Shown: in pieces, positions 52,815 to 64,000 of the stretch
Layout of the letters: each line of letters starts with the position of its first letter
Position numbering within the stretch: the stretch's first letter is position 1
The notes under the pieces: generated by a model
Told to the model about the DNA's origin: nothing
The model's input: only the letters and a program-made list of their open reading frames with translations
Database searches by the model: none
Assembly: GCA_010093705.1 (NCBI GenBank)
Contig: MU006092.1
Span: 316,623 to 380,622, forward strand
Direction of reading: 5' to 3'
Source of the DNA: Patellaria atrata CBS 101060
Taxonomy: Eukaryota
Length of the DNA: 64,000 nt
Position numbers and translations under genes: made by a program

Positions 52815-53369
52815 TCGATGGTGGAGGATCGGTAGTGAGCTCCTATATGATTTCTATCGTGAATTGGGATGAAGTCTTGTCGTTGAGCACCTTGCTCTGC
52901 ATGGACCATATTCAAATTTTCGTGTATCGTTCTACTTCACGTCTCTCTGTATTTACACTCATACTGTAATATTCACGGTCTTGGTGTAGGACTTGACTTG
53001 GCCTCGTTGCATGGAAGTAGGAAGGATGAGGAATCTAGACTATTGAACACGAACACCAGATCAGTAAATGTCGCCCTTTATCGCTTTGCAGTTGTCTCTG
53101 AGCTTGCATCGTTGAGAGTGGCGACCGACACGTTCTTGTCAGTGTGGCCAACTATCCGTATCGATAAGGTATTAGTATTCTCAGTATTTCATCGGTATTG
53201 TATCGAATATCATAATACCTTAACAATACTCTTGGCATTTTAAGATTTTTTTATATTCTTTAGATGTTGAAGTATGGGTCCCCTTATTAGACTGAAGATC
53301 TTGGTGGAAAGGATAATCAAGTATATCTCCTACTGCCTAACGCTAGTTATTAGTATCATTCCTTTAACA

Positions 53370-53451
53370 CAGCTGCCTAGTAGGTATCAACGCTGTTGCC
53401 TGCATGTTCTCAGTTGCCTAGTAGGTATAAACGCTGTAACCTGCATGTTCT
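53370..53451 (+). repeat. 41-bp tandem duplication in the hAT left arm
   Basis: CAGCTGCCTAGTAGGTATCAACGCTGTTGCCTGCATGTTCT followed by a near-identical unit. Confidence 0.85.
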
Positions 53452-53857
53452 CATGTATTTAAACGCTCTTTAGAACAGTCATTAAACAATCGAGCGATTA
53501 TCTTGATCATTTTCAGCACCCTTACGTCTGACATTAGAATTCAACTAAAATATTATCGTTTTCTTAGAAATTTAATTAAAATAAAGATACTCTTCGTACG
53601 AAGGGATTTTATAGCTATGAACAACATCTATAGCTATTCTAAGATAGAAGGCACGAGGGCGTGCCTACGTGCCTACCTGTCCACCTGTCTACTGGCCCAC
53701 CTGCCTACCTGCCAGTTTGTACAAAATACATCTTCTTTTTGAATTTCTCTTCTTCTCTTCTTCTCTCCTTCTCAATCTTTGATTTTAGTAACTCAAAGTG
53801 TAAATACTCAGCTTAAACCTATCGTACGAAGGCTAATATTACTATGGTATAGCCAAT

Positions 53858-54271
53858 ATGCAAGTAGTTCTCTATAACCCAGCGATCACGGCTGCCGCTA
53901 ACGCGAACCGCAACCCGGTGCTACTCGTAACACAGCAGCAATTGGCTCCGTGGTGTCATAGCCCACAGAATAGAGCACTTCTGGCCGTCGGTGGAGGTGT
54001 TGATGTTGAGTTCGTACGCGACTCTATCACACCCGAGCAGATTGGTTCTCATAGGCAGTCATATGTCAATGGATTCTTATCCAGTCTCGTGGAGGTGATG
54101 TTGATCCTTGTGCGGCTTGTCGTACGAGAGGTTTTCGTCCCTTCCTTAGTTATCACCGCGCTGAGGGACACTTTGGCGGAACATGCGCTAACTGGAAATG
54201 GCGCGACCATGCAGCACGCTGTTCCGTACGAGCTGGTGGTCCAGATGAGCCTGCTCAAGGAGCCTGGGTGA
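53858..54271 (+). CDS. hAT-internal accessory ORF of unknown function, convergent with the transposase (possibly truncated by a C-to-T stop)
   Basis: 137-aa ATG ORF inside the TIRs, preceded by a CT-rich 5'UTR-like tract and TGCCTAC-like repeats; more GC-rich than the flanking arms. Confidence 0.6.
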   Translation: MQVVLYNPAITAAANANRNPVLLVTQQQLAPWCHSPQNRALLAVGGGVDVEFVRDSITPEQIGSHRQSYVNGFLSSLVEVMLILVRLVVREVFVPSLVITALRDTLAEHALTGNGATMQHAVPYELVVQMSLLKEPG

Positions 54272-54817
54272 TTGGACCTGGTTTAGGGGTTGACGGAGCT
54301 GACGGCACCGCCCCTGGGAATGCTTTATGCTGGACGACGATGAGGGGCTTACTTCCCAAAATGCTATAATCATTGGTTAAGCAGAGCTTCGTACGAAGTA
54401 TTCTTTGGCGTTTAAGCGTTCTGGCGTTTCGGTGTTCTGCTTTGCCTAGCTATCCAGGGCTGTTGGTAGCACTCAGACGTGATCTGTACCTTTACGTGTG
54501 TCTGAGATTAGTAGCCATTAGGTGAAACTAAACAGATCGTACGAACCTTTCAATAAATTTTTTTGTTTTGCCCAATGTTTAAGACATTCAGTATGTTCTA
54601 ACTCTCTTGAACTTAAGCGTGATCTTTCCCATGATACCGTACGACGAGCTGCTGAAAACACTCGTTCTGGTTCATCGCTCATTGCTGGAATTGAGAGGAT
54701 CTCAATTGCAAGTATAGATAATCGTGGAAACCGAGCTCTTTGAGTATCAGTTAACCACCATTTAATAGGTGAAATGTCCCCAATATCGTACGGATCTTGG
54801 TTGATATAGTCTTCAAA

Positions 54818-54981
54818 TGTAACAGGCTAGAGCCTAGTGGTATGAGCGCGCCCTGCATCCGAAGATCAGCCAGTAATATTTTCCTCAAACCTGCCTTCAG
54901 ACTCTTCTCTTCTTCTTTATCTTGATTGTAGATAGCATCTGGACTAGATAGTTGGAACACAATTACTAGAGGCCGCTCACA
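54818..54981. mobile_element. Solo LTR (164 bp) inserted in the transposase C-terminal region
   Basis: TGTAAC...CTCACA with 5-bp TSD TCAAA (54813-54817, 54982-54986). Removing it restores DEFEDYINQDPYDIGDISPIKWWL. Confidence 0.88.
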
Positions 54982-56620
54982 TCAAACTCATCTCCACTTA
55001 AGGGAGCCTTATTAAACCACTCAATTTGATTAAGAACACGTTCAAAATCAGTCATATTCTCAGGTAGAGTTCTTCTCTTTTCTTCGTAAGATGCTGATAA
55101 CGGTACTGAACAGGTTTTACTCCATTTTTCCCAGTATAATCTAGCAAGCTTAATCATCTGCTCGCCTTTCCCTCTTTCCTTCTTCCAACCTTCCCTAATA
55201 AGCTTTGTACGATAGTAAGGAGTAAAGATTGTCGCAAGAATATGGTAAGGTGAGGTAAGAAGTGTAGAATAATACTTCTTAAAAAGCTGTAAAGCTTTAT
55301 GAAGCTGAGGTCCAAAGTCTTTCTTATATGTACATTCATACTTTTTTAAAAGAATATCAAAACCAAGCATTGTACGAAGTGTCATACCGAATGTTAGAGA
55401 ATGGCCTTGATTTAGAAGCGTTGCCTCATAAAAAGGGCGAAGAATTGTATGGATCGTACGAAGCTTTTCCCAATCTTTATGCGAAAGAGAATCTTCTTCA
55501 AGATCACTATACCATCTCTTAACATACGAGTCAATTTCTTCTTCTTTACTTAGCGCAATATCTATCATAATATACCAGCTATTCCATCTCGTACGATTAT
55601 CAAGTGGAATCATTCTCTCTGCTCTTGTGGTAAAATCTTTCAAATGACGTGTAGAGCTTCAAATATGAACTATAATATTATGAAGCTTTCCAAGTGGCCC
55701 TACCGTACGGAAGGTTGACTGTCTCTACTTTCTTAAGCTGGCTTGTCTTATCTCATATTCCTCTATTGATACTTTAAGTGTAAGACTACTTAGCCCTTGA
55801 GATTCAGTCTGTTCCTCAGCGTCGTACGACTCAAGTAAGTCTAAGTCTATTGTACCTGAAAAGAGAAAGGTTTGTACAGCCAAGTTAACGATATGGCCTA
55901 TACATCGAATTCTTTGAGATGAATAGTCCCATATCAGCTCTTGACTCTTGAAGATATTGACTAAGTAACTGGCAAAGCTTATCATTCGTGGAAGCATTAT
56001 CACCAATGATAGTACCAAGCCTTCATACGATACCATAGTCTTGAAGAACTGGAAGAAGTACCTCAAGTTGTTCACTAGATGAATGGTTTCCTACTTCTTT
56101 AAGGCCAAGCAATGCTCTTTAAGGTATCTCCTCCGTACGATCAATGAAATGCGCGATAATACCAAGAAGAAGTATCCGATTTGGAGAAGTCCAGATATCA
56201 AGTGAGATATGGATGTTTACAGGCGCTGATTGAAGTTGTTTTCGTACGAGATCTTTTTGGAAAGAGAAAGAAGCTGTAATTCTGTTCGAAATTGTTGAGT
56301 GTGAAGATGGAATAAAGCTCTCTGACTGCGGGTTAAGAGCTAGACAAAATGCGCGAAATTCAGGCCATTCAATCATACGGAAGGGGAGTCTTCGTACGGT
56401 AAGTAGTTGAGATAGCGCTTTATCAATAATATCTTGATTAAGAATCTTTTGTAAGACTAGCTGATCCAGCTCATTTAATCCAGTATACTCGCTTGACCGG
56501 TAAAGATCTAATAGTCCTTGGAAAGCGTCTTCCCCTATCTTCGTACGAGGCTCTTCTAAAGCTATATTGTGTGTTTTAAGAAGATACTTCTTAAAGTTTG
56601 TACTAATTGTTGTATTATAT

Positions 56621-56818
56621 TGGTGAAATTGAGGGTCACGCAAGGTGGCTGGATATCAGATGGCTGGATATCAGATGGTTGGGGACCAGGATAAGTGAGA
56701 TGGTTGAGCAAGCAATACTATAAGATAGCATAGGCACCCACTCCAGATAGTTGACAATCAATGAACACCCTTACCCTTCTATCTACTACTTTAGCTCATA
56801 CCTGTGTGGATTTTATCA
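56621..56818. mobile_element. Solo LTR (198 bp) inserted in the BED finger
   Basis: TGGTGAAAT...ATTTTATCA termini, TSD TATAT (56616-56620, 56819-56823), internal 15-bp tandem repeat TGGCTGGATATCAGA x2. Removing it restores QCKYNCSYNTTISTNF. Confidence 0.85.
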
Positions 56819-59800
56819 TATATGAACAATTATATTTACACTGATAGAGAGGCTTGTTTTGATCGTTTCGTGGAGGGTCTCCTATAGTTTGTATACGCGT
56901 ATGTTTCCAAAGAAGGGATCTTGTTGGTCGTACGATAGAAGATGATGGTTCTGAGGTAAAACTTATTATTGAATCGATTTAAGAAGCCATTATTTAGGAG
57001 AAGAACCACCTTATCGTACGTAAGGGTGATGAATTCTATTAAATTGTGGGTTTCGCTATATTAAGCGAAGTATTGTTAAGGTATTATTAAGGTATTTATC
57101 GATATCGATCCGATACAATACTAATCCGTATTCGATAGTATCTAATACTAAAGTATTATTGGCCACACTGGTTCTTGTGTGTCCTATTTCAAATTAGCGC
57201 TAGTCCGACTAGTTCTAGTATCTATTTATTGTCCGTTCTCGTATACTTCACTCTTTCCTCAATCTGCTTCCCATGGGGAGTACGTGGTTCATCAGCCTCT
57301 ATATCGATATCCCGTTTCTGGACAGTGTTGTGAAGTACTCTAGAACTAGAACTAGTTCTAACCTCTTTGGGAATTGCGCTTGGCACAAGGCTAGAACGAG
57401 TAGGTCTCCCTCCACCGACGATCCATCAGCAAAGTCACCTTCAGCTTTTGTTCAGTTCCTTTCATCAAACCTGGTTGTATAATTCTTTTGACTGTCCTAT
57501 CCGTCAGGTGACACTTTAAGGAAGATTCTCTTACGTTTGTGGGGACCTTTGTCCTTGTCGGCGACGAATCTTCAGGTATGTATTTTGTCAGAATAGAGCC
57601 CTGCCCATCCGATGCACATATATCTCCAATTCTTTTGGTAAGGGTTCCATCGGCAACGGCTCGTCCATAATGTCATCACTGCTCTATCTTACAGACCTCT
57701 CTAGAGTAGGGATCGGAAAGAATTTCCAGAGCCATTGAGACCCCACAACTCATAGACCGGTCATATATGCACGACTTTCGTCAGTAGAAATACCATGATC
57801 GTCTTCCATTTCTTATATTTCAGATGGATCTCACTCCAACTCTAGGAGCATTATCAGGCAGATTTGTCAACCTGGAGGACCCAGTGCAAAATTCACGGTT
57901 TGCACTCACCTACCGTTTCATTACAACCATCGAGATTGGATGGACTAAGTATTTCGCGACTGGTTATGTCTATATTGAGCAAAAACGATTATACCTTTCA
58001 TTAATGCCTTAACCTATCGATGTTTCGCCTCTAATCCCCGAAGCACAGCCGTTCATCTATATGTCTTAATACTTGCAATCTCTAGTTCTTCTTTCTCTGC
58101 CCCGTTTTCACAAAGAAATTCCGGTCCTTTAGTGATTGCGGCTATCTACTACAAAATAACTGTCGGTGTTCCCGGACGAGGAACACTTGTATAGTCTGGA
58201 TGGTTTATAAACATGCGACGCGTAAAGTATTTTAGACGAACGGAAGATCGTTGCTATACTATATATTCGATGAGGACGGTCAAGTACTGTTCATCCCCGT
58301 TTCCCGCATTGTACGTGCGGGTTTCCTACGCCGCTCAAAATTTCCTTTGCGGGCGAATGTTTGGGGACGAATGCGGGCCATACCACATAAAACTCGGCAC
58401 TTCACAAATGGCTCTATAGTGGATACCATTCGCGAGATGATTTCCCAGCGTCAAATGAGCGAACCACGGTCGAATGTCAGGCTGAACTCATCTTCGCGTC
58501 CCACCCATAGAGTTCAACATTAGCATTCAGACGCTCCCGTCGGTACTCTTCACCTAATCCTTCATATGTATAGATACGTTCTCACTACGTCACTCACCGG
58601 TCGCATGAGCTTTAGTCACACATTTTGTATTTTCAAGCTTGCTACATCTGGGTTGGTGTTCCTGGTCGATTCGTCAATTACCGTAGCCAATACTTGGCAG
58701 TATCTGCGCTTGAATGCTTCAGGACATTGAGGGACACTGTGCTCGTTCAACAGAGAGCTTGACTGAATAGCATACAGCCTCATCTTCGCTTCATACGGTG
58801 GGATTGTCGTCAGGAGTATACCAGGAGCCGACCGAGTTTCACCGGCTCTCCCGGAGCTAATTGCAAGATTTCGAGTAAAGAGTTCGCCATTGAAAATATC
58901 ACCACATGGATATCTGATTGCTCCCTTGTTAACTGTTTTGGGGACCTGAAAGTTGGTTTCTAAGTTAGGGAATCACAACTTCTATGGGCCGGACAGGACT
59001 AGACAGGACGAGAAGTTTTGATACTATGACCCTAAGATTCTCGTACGGCCTATGGGTGGATGGTGCCTCTCTGTTCTGAGTAATTCAAGAGATCTAGAAG
59101 AGACGATCTACAGAAGATCGTCGTGCAGTTTATACGTTTCCCACACAATGCTATTTGTACCAAAGTCGGACCTAGGGCTTTTTGTTCAGTCTTCTCAGTT
59201 CCCTTTATTTTCCTGCAAAAGAGTAAAATTTCACCGCAACTTCATTATTAAGGGTTTAGGCTGTCGTTTACTGCACCGCCCTTTTCACAATCATTTGTCC
59301 GGCAGCGGTACCTACGCACTTTGATCTTCAAATTTGGCACCGTTCTTTATTCCATCGATAATATTGTAATACCTATGTCACATTGCATATATCAGCTCAC
59401 AATTCCTTTTTCTTTATTTCATTTAACTTCCTGTGCGACTCGATGATTTCTCAAACAGATCATGGATGATTCGCATATGAATTCGATCCGGAGCAAGTGT
59501 GAGTCCCGTTTGAACCGGTGGTATTTCAATGATATAGTAAGCGGGCATGTATGTGTTGGGCACACGTCTGCGAATACCAACCGGAGCCTCAGTGGTTCCA
59601 CGAAACTCGTCATTTTGAGTTTTCAGCCGGTATAACCAAGCGTTTTGATATGTGATATTATTCCATCCACACCGGCTGCCACGTGGGATTTCCATACATG
59701 TACTCCCGATATACATACGATATACGCACGCGGCTATACAGGCAAGGCATCCTGTATTGATGAGCAAGGGGTCCTTGCTATATGGCTGGGTCCCCTTTAT

Positions 59801-61177
59801 TTGAGTAGCTGAAGCGAAAAGTTGCTACCACACGACTATCACTGCCACCCACCATCTGCGTACGAGCCCAAAACGAAGCTGGATTCATGGCCTACCTACC
59901 TTACCATCTCTCAAAATTTAGACGTGAGCGATGGAAAATATATGTTCAAAGCCCTACGCCCTAGGTTTAACTGGTTCTGAGTTAGTAAGGTAGAATAACC
60001 AGCGAAACGGCACCGCCACCCTTATAAACTAGTCTCTTAACTCTAACTTAATGTTAATTTCAACTATCAATCTGAAAAACTGGACCGAATCTTTGGGCAG
60101 AGAGGTTCTGGTACGTCTTACTGTCACTCACTGTCACTCACTGTCAAAATTCAGTAGTGGCGAGATCATTGAAATCGAGTATCTCGCACTTACTAATATT
60201 TCTAGAAGGTCACTAGTTCTATGTGTGCGCCGCACCACCACAGTGATTCAAGATCCCTTCCTTTAGGATCACGACCACGGACCGGATCTCGATAAGTTGC
60301 CCTCGTGGATATTAAGGATTGCGACCCGACATTACGAAAATTCGGAGATTAATTGGTGTTCAAACGGGACAAATACCTTTGATACCCGAATGCATCAAAG
60401 GGATCGTGGCAGCCAGCAAGATAATATCGCAGCAAGAGGTTCCCGCTGTCGCCACTGCCATGGAGTCCAGGATCGGTTTCTATCAACTGTAAACGGGCCA
60501 GGCTATCTTCGCTCAGTCATGCTCACTCGGTCAATTTTGCATCTCAATTTATTCTAGATGACTTTGTAGAAGCCTGCCTCTAGGACGTTGCGGCATTGGA
60601 ATCTGGACCCCTGTCCGGGTCTCGTAGCACTTTAAATCCCCGGCTCATTAATTACCCCATACCCCACACTACAACGTTAAACCAAACACTTTTTCTGACC
60701 ACCAATATCATAATCGCCGGACGAGCGTTCCAAAGAGACTGTAACATCCAAATCACGGGCAAGCACCTGACCCTGCTCTTCTACGATATCCATTTAGCCC
60801 ACCTGAGCCGAACGCCTATCAGCGCCCCACTCTCTGCTAGGGCTATTGCTCCTGTAAACGAGCAATCAAGCTCCCAAGATCTTTCTAGCAAGAAGAATAT
60901 GGTTTTCGAATCAATCCACCCAATCAATGCTCCGTGGCCCAGAACAGTAGATTGGCTACCGGTGCCTCTCCTTTCGGCAAATACGCATGCCGGCAAAAGA
61001 CATTTCCAGATTGCGAACAACTTCTAGTACTTTAGGGTGGTGGGTACTGTAGCATGGCGCTTGCAGTAGAAAAGCTATAAAGAGACCCGTGGGAATAATC
61101 AGATTTCATCCTTAACGTCAACTTCTCCTTCAGTCCCCAACACCGTCACAGTCAACAGAACAGGAGTTCCGGTCATC

Positions 61178-62392
61178 ATGCAGTGGCTTTCCCTCGCCGC
61201 GGTCACCGCGCTATTGGCGCAGAATGCTGCCGCCCAGAATATGCTTCGTTTCGCATGCTCGCAGTTGGTCGTTGATCGTGTCGACCCTTTAGTCAACCCG
61301 GGCATGACCTACACCCCGCATCTTCATCAAATCGTCGGAGGAAACTCGTTCAACATTAGCATGGACCCGGCAAGTCACGACTTGGTTTCTAAGTCAACCT
61401 GCACATCCTGCAGCTTCCAGGAGGATCTATCCAACTACTGGACGGCCGTTATGTTCTTCAAGCACAAGAACGGGTCTTACCACCGTGTCCGACAGGTCGG
61501 TAACGGAGGTCCCCAGGGCAGACTCATCAACAATGGCGGTCTCGATATCTACTACATTCCCAACGGCAAGACCACCGCGTTCAGGCCGGTAAGTTTTCTC
61601 GACGGCTACGAATGAGCTTACGCTAACTGGCCATAGGGCTTCCGCATGCTCATTGGTAACGCTGTTAACACCGATAACAACAAAGTTCAGAAGGCAAACA
61701 TCTGCCATCGATGCTGGAACTCCGTCAATGAGAACACCTTTGTCGGTGGTGCTCCTTGCTCTGGTAGCGATACTGTTGCGATCCCCAAGGACCCTTCTTG
61801 CAAGATGATCCGACAGACCATCATCTTCCCTGCGTAAGTTCTTCAAGATGTTTCTTTTTGGTTTTACAACGGCTTACAAAATCTTCCAGTTGCTGGGATG
61901 GAAGAAATCTTGACAGCCCCGATCATACCAGCCACGTCGCCTATGGACAAGGATCTGGCGCTAATGGTGGTGGTGCTTGCCCGTCAAGCCACCCCGTCAA
62001 GCTTCCTCAAATCATGTACGAACTCATGTGGAACGTCACCGAATTCTCCGACAGGAACATGTGGCCCACCGACGGCTCCGATCCGTTCGTGTACAGCATG
62101 AACATCGGCGGTGCCGCAGCTCACGGTGATTACGTCTTCGGCTGGAAGGGTGACAGTCTCCAGAAGGCTATGGACAACAGGTGCAATCTCAACAACGACT
62201 GCCCCGCAGCTGGTCTTCACTCTCAACCTCCTGAGAAGTACAACGCCTGCACCATCAAGCAACAAGCTCCGGAACCAGTTGATGGATGTAAGTGACTTAA
62301 TAACACTCCTAACGTAAGGAAAACAAAATGACTGACTTTTCGTTCTAGGGCTCTCAGCTCTCCCTATGGGTGAGGGTGCCATGAGGGCATAA
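61178..62392 (+). CDS. Secreted DUF1996-domain protein
   Basis: Signal peptide; RVDPLVNPG..HLHQIVGGNSF, CTSC..EDLSNYWT, FPA/CWDGRNLDSPDHTSHVAY, CPSSHPVKLPQ, HGDYVFGW. Introns 61589-61636, 61834-61889 and 62288-62348; TATAAAA near 61076. Confidence 0.93.
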
Positions 62393-64000
62393 GCGCAGTT
62401 CTGCATCATATCTCCTTCCTGTACTTCATTCATCGACTGGAGCGGTTTTGTAGAGACTCTCGGACTGTAAGGGTTAAATTGCCAGGTGCACAGACTATAC
62501 CCAGACTACTTGACAACTACGCTCAGTGAACTCGTACGGATACATCAGCAGTTCTCTGATCTGTTGCTCTGTGTTGATGCGCTCTGCTGGTTTAGCATGG
62601 TATCCATAGTATCGGTAATATAGCTATGAAATAGACGTTCTTAAAATTCACGATGACTGCACACAGAATCACTTGTATTCCTCCAATGTATCGTTTACTG
62701 GCCATTCTTCAACCGCGAAATGGCTCTACGGTTTTCAGACATGCACTTGATCGTTAAGTCATTGAGTAAACCCCATCTTGAAAGTATTGTGTGACTACTG
62801 GATGCCTTCGTACATCCTACAAGGACACTAGTTACCATTTAATCAAGGTTATATATTAAAATAAACAATCCGATCGAAACAGCCATGCGAAGGAAGACCG
62901 TCCGTATGGCAACAACTAGAGTGGGTTTTCTGTTCAACTTCCTAACTTAGCATAGGCCCAGCTTTTTTCAAACTCCATGAAAAATCGTATAAGATTCCAT
63001 GGAACTAGTTTCCTCAAACCTGTTTCTTTAGTAGTCGATATTACCGTGACATATAGTATACTTCGAACATCACAGAGGTATGTATCTGTGTACGGAGTGG
63101 AAGTATAAGGAACAACCGATCTAGCGTAAGAAATGACAAGACTGAAGCTGAGACTCTTTTATAGCATTTGTGGGCTGAATAAAACCATAGAGAGCATGTG
63201 ATTGATACTTGACAAGGCACCAGATGCTCGGACGATCTTGCATCGCACAGTACCACACTGTACACTACTATTACAGTACCTTTGCAGTACCTTTTGCAGT
63301 ACGGAGCAAATGGTCTCAATAGGCACGGCACCTGGGAACGAATGCCGGGCATACCCAGCCCCCGATCGTGCGCTCAGATCCCCTCCAATATCCCCGAAAG
63401 ATTACCTTTACTCCACATTAACGGTTTCTCTATCTAAAACCACTATAAATAAACGATCTACGTGGGGAAACAGGGTTCGGCTATTGGAAGGCTTCCTTTC
63501 AGGCTGAAATGCCGCCTGCCAAGACTGGGGAACGTTTCTAAAAACCCCTGGCTCCACATGTCTTAGGAAGCGAAGTTAATATCCACGACTCATCTTTCAG
63601 CATCTTGTACAAGTCGCCCCTAAGTTGAAGCGTGAAGATTACGTCGCCCCTGGGTTTTATTTCAAGCATCGTATCCAGTCTTGTTAGGACATATTCGGGA
63701 CTCCGTACGGATGGATTTCCAGATCACTTTTGTATTTGTCCGTCGGCGAGATCTTTCGTCGATATCCATGATGACATCACTACTCTCTTGTCCCGGAGCC
63801 TCACCATGGGAAGGGCCATATTGAACGCTGGAAGAACGCTCTGGTAACTGGTACCCGGAGTGTGCATTGCTGCATAAGTGGGGTTTGCGCGCGCAGAGAG
63901 AAGTTGTTTGACTTTCTCTCTGAAGATATATATTTATGAGCATACAGTAGTCACCCCCTTGGACATTATCACACTCAATTGACGAGATCAAATGGTTCAA

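Larger units (their letters stand above)
54518..56990 (-). pseudogene. hAT transposase (BED finger, RNase H-like core, hATC dimerisation domain), disrupted
   Basis: LWKHTR..YQCKYNCSY..NFKKYLLKTH (BED), SLDIWTSPN, RIRCIGHIVNLAVQ, NRTRWNSWY, WW..RFPRLSILAIEILSIPAMSDEPERVFS. Many TAA/TAG stops, frameshifts and two solo-LTR insertions. Confidence 0.93.
53140..57170 (-). mobile_element. Full-length hAT-superfamily DNA transposon (4,031 bp), decayed
   Basis: TIRs CAGTGTGGCCAA / TTGGCCACACTG; 8-bp TSD GTTCTTGT (53132-53139, 57171-57178); 19-bp perfect subterminal inverted repeat (53212-53230, 57069-57087); internal hAT transposase. Confidence 0.96.

Noticed and set aside
53370..53712. Short repeats as a CRISPR-like array
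   Set aside because: Eukaryotic locus; these are tandem repeats without unique spacers, inside a transposon arm.
57180..57810. Minus-strand DFADGSSVEGDLLV resembling an FAD-monooxygenase motif
   Set aside because: A single short motif; the GADG continuation and other FAD fingerprints are missing, so it is too weak to call.
63662..64000. Minus-strand ORF at the window end
   Set aside because: Could be a terminal exon of a gene outside the window, but no motif supports a call.

Overview
Intron-containing fungal genomic DNA (filamentous ascomycete, probably a Dothideomycete; taxon is inference) in three zones. (1) 1-2.8 kb: an AT-richer stretch with a stop-riddled pseudogene, an orphan ORF and a possible element end. 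(2) 3.4-44.5 kb: a conserved housekeeping block of LST8, BUD6/AIP3, PBP1/ataxin-2, a myo-inositol-type sugar porter, CCE1/Ydc2 resolvase, a CHY/RING (Pirh2-like) E3, an SH3-RasGEF, PSF2, ALG10, a JmjC zinc-finger protein and COQ2, with a ~7 kb gene-free gap. (3) 44.6-64 kb: an accessory zone with dipeptidase and beta-lactamase pseudogenes, solo LTRs, LINE 3' stubs (including a three-level nest with every TSD readable), a 106-aa Cys-containing secreted protein, a complete but decayed 4,031-bp hAT transposon (12-bp TIRs, 8-bp TSD) and a secreted DUF1996 gene. The most unusual signal is in the hAT. It carries a second, convergent ORF of unknown family and 19 exact copies of the palindrome CGTACG spaced roughly every 100-250 bp, including through the transposase CDS. 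This could be a transposon-encoded protein plus binding-site array (anti-silencing-like), which is a hypothesis only. Gene names come from recognising motifs by eye; no database search was run.
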